From an uncultured Steroidobacteraceae bacterium (lineage in GTDB: Bacteria; Pseudomonadota; Gammaproteobacteria; Steroidobacterales; Steroidobacteraceae): 64,000 bases of DNA. A program made the translations under genes and the position numbers. The notes below the pieces were generated by a model. It made no database searches and was not told the DNA's origin. It worked only from the letters and a program-made list of their open reading frames with translations. Positions 1 through 7,719 of the stretch are shown piece after piece. The first letter of the stretch is position 1, and every line of letters starts with the position of its first letter. The stretch covers positions 14,342-78,341 of the forward strand of contig CAYNTW010000010.1 in NCBI GenBank assembly GCA_964400085.1, written 5' to 3'.

Positions 1-335
1 GCGTCATTGAGCTGCGTGAACTCAGGCATCTTGAAATCGAAGTGTTTCTGTTCCACCTCGATGCCACCGAACATTCCGTTCAGGACGGTCATCGCGAGCT
101 GTTTGCGTCCCTCGTCGGTTGCCGCGTAACGCGCGGGGTAGGATGTGATGGGTGGGGCGAGCGATGGAGTTCCGGCGCCCTTGGCGCCGTGACAGACCGC
201 GCAGTTGGCTTGGAAAACGGTCGCGCCGTCCGGGTAGCGTACCGCTGGGCTATCGGCGGCGTGTGCTGGGAGTGAGGTGGCCACGAGCGAGGTGGCTAGG
301 AGCGATACGAAGAGCTCCACGGGGAATCGCCTCAT
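1..335 (-). CDS. monohaem c-type cytochrome (class I-like), 3' end cut by window edge
   Basis: Not in the ORF track because it runs off the window. My reverse-strand translation from the ATG at 335-333 is MRRFPVELFVSLLATSLVATSLPAHAADSPAVRYPDGATVFQANCAVCHGAKGAG...FDFKMPEFTQLND. It has a signal peptide, a single CXXCH (CAVCH) and a downstream Met-Pro. Its ATG overlaps the light-chain stop (ATGA at 332-335). Confidence 0.8.
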   Translation of the reverse strand, partial: MRRFPVELFVSLLATSLVATSLPAHAADSPAVRYPDGATVFQANCAVCHGAKGAGTPSLAPPITSYPARYAATDEGRKQLAMTVLNGMFGGIEVEQKHFDFKMPEFTQLND

Positions 336-919
336 TTCTCAGCCACCCCCAGGATCACTGATACCGAGCAGTGATAGTTCGCATCGGCGTTCGCCATGCA
401 CCAGTTCAGGTCGTTGTTGCGCGAGGGTCGATACATCGGCTTCTCGCGCTCGTTGCGGTTGCATTCGCAGTTGCCGCAACTCGTCTTACCGCAACAGTCG
501 TTATACGACACGATGTAGTCTCTTGCGTCCACGGGGTTGTGGCAGGTTCCGATCCAGGTGATGGGGGACGGCGCGGTTCCAGGCGGACAGGAGTTGGCCG
601 TGCCGCCGCAGCAGGAGCACAGAAACCCGTCGATCGCGCAGTACTTCCAATACTCGCAGCTCAACGGGTCATCGCTCGTTTTTTTGCCGCCGGTTGGCTT
701 GGTTCCCGCCGCTTTTACGGACGTGGGCGCGGCGGCCCGTCGGGTGACTTCTTCCGCTTCGGCCCGAGAGGAGCGATCCACCGGCAGGAGTGGGATCAGT
801 GCCGCGCCGGTGAGCAGCTTCCCGACAGTGGCGAGCAGGCTGCGGCGCGAAGTGTGGCGCGCCAATGAGCGCGACGAACGTTCGAACAATTTATCGAGCG
901 GACGCATACCGGAGTTCAC
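332..919 (-). CDS. mauA: TTQ-dependent amine dehydrogenase light (small) subunit, copy 1
   Basis: 195 aa with a twin-arginine leader (HTSRRSLLATVG). The Cys-rich mature domain carries light-chain hallmarks YCAIDGFLCSCCGG, CPPG, TWIGTC, DCCG and NWC. Clear paralogue of 23553..24077. The start (GTG at 919 versus ATG at 907) is uncertain. Confidence 0.9.
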   Translation of the reverse strand: MNSGMRPLDKLFERSSRSLARHTSRRSLLATVGKLLTGAALIPLLPVDRSSRAEAEEVTRRAAAPTSVKAAGTKPTGGKKTSDDPLSCEYWKYCAIDGFLCSCCGGTANSCPPGTAPSPITWIGTCHNPVDARDYIVSYNDCCGKTSCGNCECNRNEREKPMYRPSRNNDLNWCMANADANYHCSVSVILGVAEK

Positions 920-931
920 CCATCTTCCAGG

Positions 932-2086
932 CTAAGGATTTATGAGGAACCACGGGGTTTGTCCCAACCGTGGCTCGAGGTGGTGGAGCTGACCGCTTTG
1001 AGCGTCGAACACCGCGAGCTCCGCTTTGTCGGTCGCGGCAAACACAATGGGCTTCTCGTCCTGGGAAACCTGCACAGCGAGGGCAGGGGCGACTTTGAGC
1101 GGCGCCAGCGGCCAGCGCGCGATGCGCTGGTGGGTCTTCATATCGAACACCCAGATCTCGGTACCGCCTTGCTTGTGAGTACCCTCGCCACCGCGGTGCA
1201 TGGAGACGAACAGCTGGCCCGACTTGCGATGGAGGGCGCCCACCTGCGTGCCACCGGGGCGCCAGCTCTGGGCTTTGTCAGCCGGGCCAACGAGCGACCA
1301 CGGCTTGCCGAATGTCGGTTGCGGGCCGGACAGATCCACCTCGTGCACCTCGCCGAGGAAGGAGAGGAAGACAAACCCGTTGCTGGTCGGAATCCCTTGC
1401 ACGAAGACGGGGTCTTTGTCGGGATCGAAGAATGCATCGGACATGGCGCGCGAGGCTTCGTGGCCTTGCGCGTCGAGCGTCACTGTGAGGAGGCGACCGC
1501 TTTCGCAGATCGAGGAGACTCGGTTGGGACCGGAGGGAATCACCATGACGCATCCTGCCGTGTCGATCTCGTCCAGGACCTTGTTCTGTGCGGGATCGAG
1601 TACGCCGAAGGACGCGGCCGGAGTGACATAAGCAACATATACGAAGTGGCCGTCCTGGCTATACGCGACGTTGAAATACGTCGGTAGTGTCATGGCGCGT
1701 TTCGAGGGTAGTACGATTTCGTGTGTGACGGACAATGTTGTATTGTCCGTGAACTCCACTACATCGGTGCGCGTGCCGTGACTGCCTCGTGCGAAGTACG
1801 TGGTGCCCACCACCGTCGTCTTGCCATCAGGCGACAAGTTGAATGCGGGGTTGAAACCTGCGTCGATTTGCCCGAGGCGGCGGTAGGTGTCGCCGTCAAA
1901 CAAGTGCACGCGCGCGTCGATCTCGTTGAAAAAAGCCTCATCGAGAACGTATATCCAGTGCGGGTTCCCGATGGTCAATGTAGTCGCTGTCAAGCGCTCG
2001 GCCGGTAGCGGCGGCGGCGGGGCGGCGAAGAGCGGAGTGCAGGTCGCGAGGGACAGCAGCGCGGCGCGTGTAAGCCAGGTTTTCAT
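932..2086 (-). CDS. mauB: TTQ-dependent amine dehydrogenase heavy (large) subunit, copy 1
   Basis: ORF 932..2179 trimmed to MKTWLTRAALLSLATCTPLFAAPPP (signal peptide). About 385 aa of propeller-type sequence resembling MauB/AauB and paralogous to 21204..22349. It ends 12 nt before the light-chain gene. Confidence 0.85.
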   Translation of the reverse strand: MKTWLTRAALLSLATCTPLFAAPPPPLPAERLTATTLTIGNPHWIYVLDEAFFNEIDARVHLFDGDTYRRLGQIDAGFNPAFNLSPDGKTTVVGTTYFARGSHGTRTDVVEFTDNTTLSVTHEIVLPSKRAMTLPTYFNVAYSQDGHFVYVAYVTPAASFGVLDPAQNKVLDEIDTAGCVMVIPSGPNRVSSICESGRLLTVTLDAQGHEASRAMSDAFFDPDKDPVFVQGIPTSNGFVFLSFLGEVHEVDLSGPQPTFGKPWSLVGPADKAQSWRPGGTQVGALHRKSGQLFVSMHRGGEGTHKQGGTEIWVFDMKTHQRIARWPLAPLKVAPALAVQVSQDEKPIVFAATDKAELAVFDAQSGQLHHLEPRLGQTPWFLINP

Positions 2087-2249
2087 CGATCTCGTGCCCT
2101 GTATTTCCGGCCGCAGATGCTGTTGATTGAATGAGTACGCTCGTGCGGCGGCGTGTCGCGGAGTCTGGCATATTGGCACCGCAGGCGAAACCCCTTGTGC
2201 GCCGGCCCGGCCGGCGTTACCGTGGCTTCGGGGGTGAACGATATGTTTA

Positions 2250-2263
2250 TATCGATTATCGAT
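2250..2263. promoter_or_regulatory. AT-rich near-palindrome TATCGATTATCGAT in the mauB1 / TSUP divergent intergenic region
   Basis: Two ATCGAT half-sites separated by T. The 12-mer TATCGATTATCG is repeated exactly at 7692..7703 in the other divergent promoter region of the same locus. AT-rich island in an otherwise GC-rich region. Confidence 0.35.
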
Positions 2264-2274
2264 GAGAGGCGTCC

Positions 2275-3165
2275 GTGAGCCCGGCGAAGCTGGTCTTGTT
2301 GGGCGCGCTCTTCATAGTCAATGTCGCATTTGTTCTAGCCTGGGTGCGGGATGCCCGTCGGCGCGAGGTACGCCCCGCGCCGACCGCGGTCGACATTGCG
2401 ATCGGCTTCGTCACCGATTTTCTCGATGCCCTTGGGATCGGCTCCTTCGCGCCCACGACCGCGCTTTTCAAGTTCCGGAGGGTGCCCGCGGATGAGCTGA
2501 TTCCCGGCACCTTGAACGTGGGACACAACGCTGCCGCCTTTGTGGAGACCGCGGTCCTGGTGACCTCGGTGGCCGTCGAGCCATTGCTGCTGGTGAGCAT
2601 GATCGCCAGCGCCACCATTGGGGCCTGGCTGGGCGCCGGCATCGTCAGCCGCTTGCCCAGGCGAGCGATCCAGTTGTTCATGGGCATCGCGCTGCTGCTG
2701 GCGGCCGTGTTCTTCCTGATGGCGATCCTTGGAGCTTTCCCCGTAGGCGGGAAGGCCATGGGCTTGGAGGGTTGGCGCTTCGCCTTGGCCGTGAGCGTCA
2801 ACTTCGTGCTGGGTGCGTTGACGACTGTCGGTATTGGACCGTATGCGCCGAGCATGGTGGTGTTGGCGTTGTTGGGTCTGCACCCCTTGGGCGCATTTCC
2901 GATCATGATGGGCACTTGTGGCCTCGTGCAGCCGGTGGCGAGCCTGCGTTTCTTCAAGACCGGGCGCTTTGCCTTCGGCCCGGCTCTCGGACTGACGATC
3001 GGTGGCTCGGTTGGCGTGCTGATCGCGCTTTTCATCGTGGTGCGGCAACTCCCGTTGCTCGCGTTGCGCTGGCTGGTCATTGTAGTGGTGACCTATGCGG
3101 CGGTGTCGATGTTGAGATCCGCGCTGCGCGAACGCGCCGCTGCACTCACTACCCCGGCGACTTGA
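2275..3165 (+). CDS. TSUP (TauE/SafE-type) family membrane permease
   Basis: 296 aa, polytopic and Gly/Ala/Leu-rich, with the internal two-fold repeat typical of TauE/SafE-DUF81 proteins. GTG start. Confidence 0.7.
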   Translation: MSPAKLVLLGALFIVNVAFVLAWVRDARRREVRPAPTAVDIAIGFVTDFLDALGIGSFAPTTALFKFRRVPADELIPGTLNVGHNAAAFVETAVLVTSVAVEPLLLVSMIASATIGAWLGAGIVSRLPRRAIQLFMGIALLLAAVFFLMAILGAFPVGGKAMGLEGWRFALAVSVNFVLGALTTVGIGPYAPSMVVLALLGLHPLGAFPIMMGTCGLVQPVASLRFFKTGRFAFGPALGLTIGGSVGVLIALFIVVRQLPLLALRWLVIVVVTYAAVSMLRSALRERAAALTTPAT

Positions 3166-3221
3166 CGATCATGTGCGCTCGCGCCAAGCTCCAGCCGCAA
3201 TGCGAGTCCCGCTAGAGGTCA

Positions 3222-4592
3222 ATGATGTCACCCGAGCTGAGTCGCTCCCTGAAGCCCCGCCACATCTTCATGATTTCCATCGGGGGCATCATTGGAGCGG
3301 GCTTGTTCGTCGGCAGCAGCGCCGCCATCGCCGCCGCCGGGCCTGCCATAGTGTTGAGTTATCTCATCACTGGCACGCTGGTGCTCCTGGTGATGCGCAT
3401 GCTGGCCGAGATGGCCGTGAGCTTGCCGCAGATACGCTCGTTCACGGAGTTCGCGCGCGCTGGGCTCGGCCCCTGGGCAGGCTTCGTGGCCGGTTGGTTG
3501 TATTGGTACTTCTGGGTCATCGTCGTGCCGGTCGAGGCGATTGCGGGCGCCAACATCGTGCACGACTGGCTGCCGCAGTTGCCCCCGCTCGCGCTCGGCC
3601 TCGGGCTGATGGCGATCATGACGGGGGTGAACCTGATGTCGGCCCGCTCCTACGGCGAGTTCGAGTTCTGGTTCTCCTCGATCAAAGTGGCCGCCATCAT
3701 CGTGTTCATTGTGTTGGGCGCGGCGTACGCCTGCGGCTTGACCGCCCCCAACGGCGCCACGTTTGCAAACCTGACGAGCCATGGCGGGTTCACGCCGCAA
3801 GGAGGTATCGCGGTACTTGCCGGCGCGGTGACTGTCTTTTTCGCGCTCACCGGGGCGGAAATCACGACCGTGGCCGCCGCCGAGTCGGCCGAGCCGGCGC
3901 GCGCGGCGGCGAAGATGTCAACATCCGTGATCGTGCGCATTCTCACCTTCTACATCACGTCCATCCTGCTCATCGTCGCTATCGTGCCTTGGGATAGCAT
4001 CCAGGTTGGCAAGTCGCCCTTCGCCGCGGCGTTGACCACCATGGGTTTTCGTTGGGCGAGTCTGGCGATGTCGGCGATCATTCTGACCGCCGTGCTCTCG
4101 TGCCTGAATTCGGCGTATTACGTGTGTTCGAGAGTCTTGTTCATTCTGGCCGATCACGGCGATGCCCCGCAGAGCCTGGTGAAGCTCAACGCGCGCCGTG
4201 TCCCGGTGCGCTCGGTATGGATGAGCTCACTGGCTGGAGTGTTGGGTTTGCTTGCCGAGACGCAATTTCCGGATAGCGTGTTCGCATTCCTGGTGAACGC
4301 TTCCGGTGCGCTCATCGTATTTGTCTACATGATGATCGCGTTCGCGCAGATCCGCTTGCGCCGTGAGCGCGAGCGTACCGGCTCGCCGGAGCCCGCTGTG
4401 CAGATGTGGCTTTTTCCCTGGGCCAGCTACGCCGCCATCGGCGGCATGATCGCGATTCTCGTGGCAATGTCCCGCACCGGGCAGGCGAGGGATCTCTACG
4501 TCAGCCTGGTAACGCTTGCCGTGACGCTCATCGCCTACATGTTGGTTCGAGCGGGGCGTGCCGCCGCGGTCAAATCGGCGGCCTCGCCATGA
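3222..4592 (+). CDS. APC-superfamily amino acid permease (GabP/AroP-like)
   Basis: 456 aa, about 12 TM. The N-terminal signature SLKPRHIFMISIGGIIGAGLFVGSS is typical of the amino acid permease family. Confidence 0.9.
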   Translation: MMSPELSRSLKPRHIFMISIGGIIGAGLFVGSSAAIAAAGPAIVLSYLITGTLVLLVMRMLAEMAVSLPQIRSFTEFARAGLGPWAGFVAGWLYWYFWVIVVPVEAIAGANIVHDWLPQLPPLALGLGLMAIMTGVNLMSARSYGEFEFWFSSIKVAAIIVFIVLGAAYACGLTAPNGATFANLTSHGGFTPQGGIAVLAGAVTVFFALTGAEITTVAAAESAEPARAAAKMSTSVIVRILTFYITSILLIVAIVPWDSIQVGKSPFAAALTTMGFRWASLAMSAIILTAVLSCLNSAYYVCSRVLFILADHGDAPQSLVKLNARRVPVRSVWMSSLAGVLGLLAETQFPDSVFAFLVNASGALIVFVYMMIAFAQIRLRRERERTGSPEPAVQMWLFPWASYAAIGGMIAILVAMSRTGQARDLYVSLVTLAVTLIAYMLVRAGRAAAVKSAASP

Positions 4593-6712
4593 CGAGCCCC
4601 CGTCTGACTCGCCGACGTTTCATCCAGGCATGCACCGCTGTCGGGGGTGGGCTGTTGCTCACGGTGCCAATCCCCCGGTCGCGAGCCGCGGCCGCCCGCG
4701 GCCCGAAGCAGTTCAACATCTATGTGCGGATAGACCCGCGCGGTCGGGTCACCGTCATCATGCCGAAGGTGGAAATGGGTCAGGGCACGTTCACCTCGCT
4801 GCCGATGCTGGTTGCCGAGGAGTTGGACGTGACGCTCGACAGTATTGACCTCGAGCCTGCTCCGCCCGATCCGGCGGTCTACGGCTTCGACGGTGATCAA
4901 TCCACTGGCGGTTCCACCAGCATTCGCCAGTGCTACTTGCCGATGCGCAAGGCGGGGGCGGCCGCGCGGGCGATGTTGATCAATGCGGCGGCGAAACAAT
5001 GGTCGGTGGCGAGCGAGACCTGTCATACCGAGCCTGGCGCCGTGGTTCACGCGGGTTCCGGCAGACGGCTCGGCTATGGAGCGCTGGTTGGCATGGCCGC
5101 CACACTACCGGTGCCTCCCGATCCGCCGCTCAAGCCGGCGAAGGATTTCAGATTCATCGGTCACTCCACGCCGCGGCGCGACAGCCTGGAAAAGACCAAC
5201 GGACGCGCGGTGTTCGGGATTGACGTGCAGGTGACTGGACTGCGGGTGGCCATGGTCGCTCAGTCGCCAATCCAAGGGGGCAAGGCCATCGAGCCGTTGC
5301 GGACGCAAGCGGCGCTCGCCGTCCCGGGAGTACGGCAAGTCGTCAACGAACGTGATCTCGTGGCGGTCGTCGCCGATGACACCTGGTCGGCAATGAAAGG
5401 CCTGAAGGCGCTCGATTTGCAATGGGAAGGCGGTCCGAATGCTTCCGTGCAGCAAGCGCAACTCGTCGCCGATCTCGAAGCCGCGGTCCGACGGCCAGGC
5501 GCCGTTGCCGCCCACGTTGGCGATGCCGGGACTGCGTTGAGTCACGCGGCTTCCCGCGTCGAAGCGACCTACCATCAGCCGTTCCTGGCCCATGCCACCA
5601 TGGAGCCGATGAACTGCACGGTGCACTGGCGCAAGGATCTATGCGAGCTCTGGGTGGGCACCCAGGCCCCGGATCGCGCGGTGGCCAAGCTGGCTGAGCT
5701 CGGCTTGAAACCCCAACAGATCCGCCTCAACAATCACCTCATCGGCGGGGGATTTGGGCGGCGGCTCGAGGTGGATGGCGTGGTCGTGGCGGCGCGCATC
5801 GCTCGACACGTGGATGGGCCGGTGAAGGTGTTGTGGTCCCGCGAAGAAGATATCCAACACGACATGTATCGGCCCTATTACGTCGATCACCTGGCGGCCG
5901 GACTCGATGCACGGGGGCAGCCGGTCGCCTGGTTGCACACGATCGCAGGCTCGGCTGTGACGGCCCTGTGGTCGGGGGAGCCCCTGAAGAACGGGGTCGA
6001 TGATGACGCGGTCGAATCGGCCGCCGACCCGGTCTATGCGTTCGCCAATCTCGATGTCCGATTCGTGCGGCAGGAGCCAACCGGGGTGCCCACGTCCTGG
6101 TGGCGTGGGGTCGGCCCGACGCGCAGTGTTTTCGTGGTCGAGAGTTTCATGGACGAGCTGGCCGCGGCGGCGAAGCAGGACCCGGTCGCGTACCGACGCG
6201 GCTTGCTCAAGGATGCGCGGCTCAAGGCGGTCCTGGATCTGGCGGCGGAAAAGGCAGGTTGGGGCAAGCCGTTACCGGCCGGCCGCGGTCGCGGCGTGTC
6301 GGTGCAGTTTGCCTTCGGGAGCTACATGGCGCAGATCACCGAGGTCAGTCTGCAGGGTAAGCTGCGCGTCGAGAAAGTGGTTTGCGTGTTGGATTGTGGC
6401 CAGGTGGTCAATCCCGACACGGTGCATGCCCAGATGCAGGGCGGAGTGATGTTTGGACTGAGCGCGGCGTTGTTCAACGAGATCACCTTCGCCGGCGGCA
6501 AGGTCCAGCAGAGCAACTTTGACGACTTCCGGGCTTTGCGGATCACCGAGGCGCCGCAAGTGGAGAGTTACCTCGTGCCGAGCGCGGAGTCGCCCGGAGG
6601 TGTGGGTGAGACCGCCACCGCGTGTGCCGCCGCCGCGCTCTGCAACGCCATCTATGCTGCCACCGGAAAAAGGATACGCACTTTGCCGGTGAGCCGGACG
6701 CTACCTGTTTGA
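4589..6712 (+). CDS. molybdopterin-binding aldehyde oxidase/xanthine dehydrogenase-family subunit (IorB-like), Tat-exported
   Basis: ORF 4406..6712 trimmed to MTSPRLTRRRFIQACTAVGGGLLL (twin-arginine signal). About 700 aa resemble isoquinoline 1-oxidoreductase beta / aldehyde oxidase Mo-subunits. Its ATG overlaps the permease stop (ATGA at 4589-4592). Confidence 0.8.
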   Translation: MTSPRLTRRRFIQACTAVGGGLLLTVPIPRSRAAAARGPKQFNIYVRIDPRGRVTVIMPKVEMGQGTFTSLPMLVAEELDVTLDSIDLEPAPPDPAVYGFDGDQSTGGSTSIRQCYLPMRKAGAAARAMLINAAAKQWSVASETCHTEPGAVVHAGSGRRLGYGALVGMAATLPVPPDPPLKPAKDFRFIGHSTPRRDSLEKTNGRAVFGIDVQVTGLRVAMVAQSPIQGGKAIEPLRTQAALAVPGVRQVVNERDLVAVVADDTWSAMKGLKALDLQWEGGPNASVQQAQLVADLEAAVRRPGAVAAHVGDAGTALSHAASRVEATYHQPFLAHATMEPMNCTVHWRKDLCELWVGTQAPDRAVAKLAELGLKPQQIRLNNHLIGGGFGRRLEVDGVVVAARIARHVDGPVKVLWSREEDIQHDMYRPYYVDHLAAGLDARGQPVAWLHTIAGSAVTALWSGEPLKNGVDDDAVESAADPVYAFANLDVRFVRQEPTGVPTSWWRGVGPTRSVFVVESFMDELAAAAKQDPVAYRRGLLKDARLKAVLDLAAEKAGWGKPLPAGRGRGVSVQFAFGSYMAQITEVSLQGKLRVEKVVCVLDCGQVVNPDTVHAQMQGGVMFGLSAALFNEITFAGGKVQQSNFDDFRALRITEAPQVESYLVPSAESPGGVGETATACAAAALCNAIYAATGKRIRTLPVSRTLPV

Positions 6713-7666
6713 GGCGTGGCACGCCGAGCAGGCGCGCGTGGGGCCGTGTTTCGTCGTGGTCTGGGCGAGTTGGCTGTGGCAATTTCGGCAGAAGGTATGG
6801 AACGTGGCTTCCGCGGGCTGCCCGAGGTCGGGGCGCGCGGACCGATGGCAATCCAGGCAGCTCCCGATGCCGGTCTTGTCGACGAAGTTGTGGTGGCACG
6901 TCACGCAGTTGACAGTTGTGTGTTTCTCGTGCGGGAAGTGGATGGGCACCGTGGCTGGAGCGGTTGCGGGTTGTAGCAGCCGTGGGCTGGCGGTCGGGAT
7001 GGGTAACAACAGCAACACGATGACCGCCAGGCAGCACGGAATCAACGTCATGGTGCGGCGAGCCCCGCGCCGCAGGGCGCGATGGGCGGCCCACAGGAGA
7101 GGAATCGCCAGGAGCAGGCAGCCGGTGAGCACTTTGGCGCGGGTATCGAGCAGTTGGGCGCTGCCAATGAGGTGAATGGCCAGGAACGCCAGCAGCAATG
7201 GGGCGAGGACGGTGTGGCTGGAGAGACTGGTCGTTGCCGAATCGCGCCTGCGCAGCACCGCTCGCGCCGCGAGTCCCGTGGCGATGAGGAGCCCTAAAGC
7301 GATCAGGCCCACCAACCCCGCCAACATATAGTAAGGAGCCGAGGGGAGGAGATAGTGGCCAATCAGCGGTTGTGCACGTAACAGGATCGCCACGTGCAGC
7401 CCGGAAAGGATCAGGGCTCCCCACCCGATGCGTCGATGTTGCGAGAGGGTGAAGAGTCGGCGGTGGGGTAGGCCCTCGCCGCGCAAGGGGTAGATGTAAA
7501 GCGTCGCGACCAGCGCGATGATGGCGTAGCCGACGCCAATGCCGATGTCCCACGCGACTCCGCCAGAAACCGGCATTGGGAACAGCAGCAGCGCGGCGGT
7601 GGCAGCGAGCGCACCGCCGAGGCGGCGCAAGAGAAGCGCGCGGGGTAGGTATGGGAGCCAGCCCAT
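6701..7666 (-). CDS. fusion protein: ferric-reductase-like (MsrQ/YedZ-type) transmembrane domain plus C-terminal tetrahaem cytochrome c3 domain
   Basis: 321 aa with about 7 predicted TM helices. Intramembrane His motifs are GWGALILSGLHVAILL and HTVLAPLLLAFLAIH (two His 14 residues apart). The C-terminal roughly 80 aa hold four CXXCH motifs (CVTCH, CLDCH, CRNCH, CSACH). Confidence 0.75.
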   Translation of the reverse strand: MGWLPYLPRALLLRRLGGALAATAALLLFPMPVSGGVAWDIGIGVGYAIIALVATLYIYPLRGEGLPHRRLFTLSQHRRIGWGALILSGLHVAILLRAQPLIGHYLLPSAPYYMLAGLVGLIALGLLIATGLAARAVLRRRDSATTSLSSHTVLAPLLLAFLAIHLIGSAQLLDTRAKVLTGCLLLAIPLLWAAHRALRRGARRTMTLIPCCLAVIVLLLLPIPTASPRLLQPATAPATVPIHFPHEKHTTVNCVTCHHNFVDKTGIGSCLDCHRSARPDLGQPAEATFHTFCRNCHSQLAQTTTKHGPTRACSACHASNR

Positions 7667-7679
7667 GTGTTAAGCTGTT

Positions 7680-7704
7680 GCGATAATCAGGTATCGATTA
7701 TCGC
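7680..7704. promoter_or_regulatory. inverted repeat GCGATAAT-N9-ATTATCGC in the 53-nt divergent intergenic region
   Basis: Perfect 8-nt arms. Contains the same TATCGATTATCG 12-mer as 2250..2261. Lies between the starts of 6701..7666(-) and 7720..9054(+). Confidence 0.4.
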
Positions 7705-7719
7705 ATCCCTGTTATCAAT

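Noticed and set aside
4406-4588. Upstream extensions of several ORFs in the track (4406, 9429, 11090, 17968, 48904, 49428, 56064, 21168, 2179, 15415, 33231, 35283, 43513)
   Set aside because: The extensions overlap the preceding gene or lack signal or domain features. Internal starts give canonical signal peptides, Rossmann N-termini or ATGA coupling. Start assignments remain predictions.
6543-7553. 336-aa ORF in an alternative frame on the same strand as the b-haem/c3 fusion gene; likewise 58910..59809 against the acyltransferase
   Set aside because: The alternative frames give Pro/Arg-rich sequence without TM helices or motifs. The chosen frames give coherent membrane topology and haem motifs.
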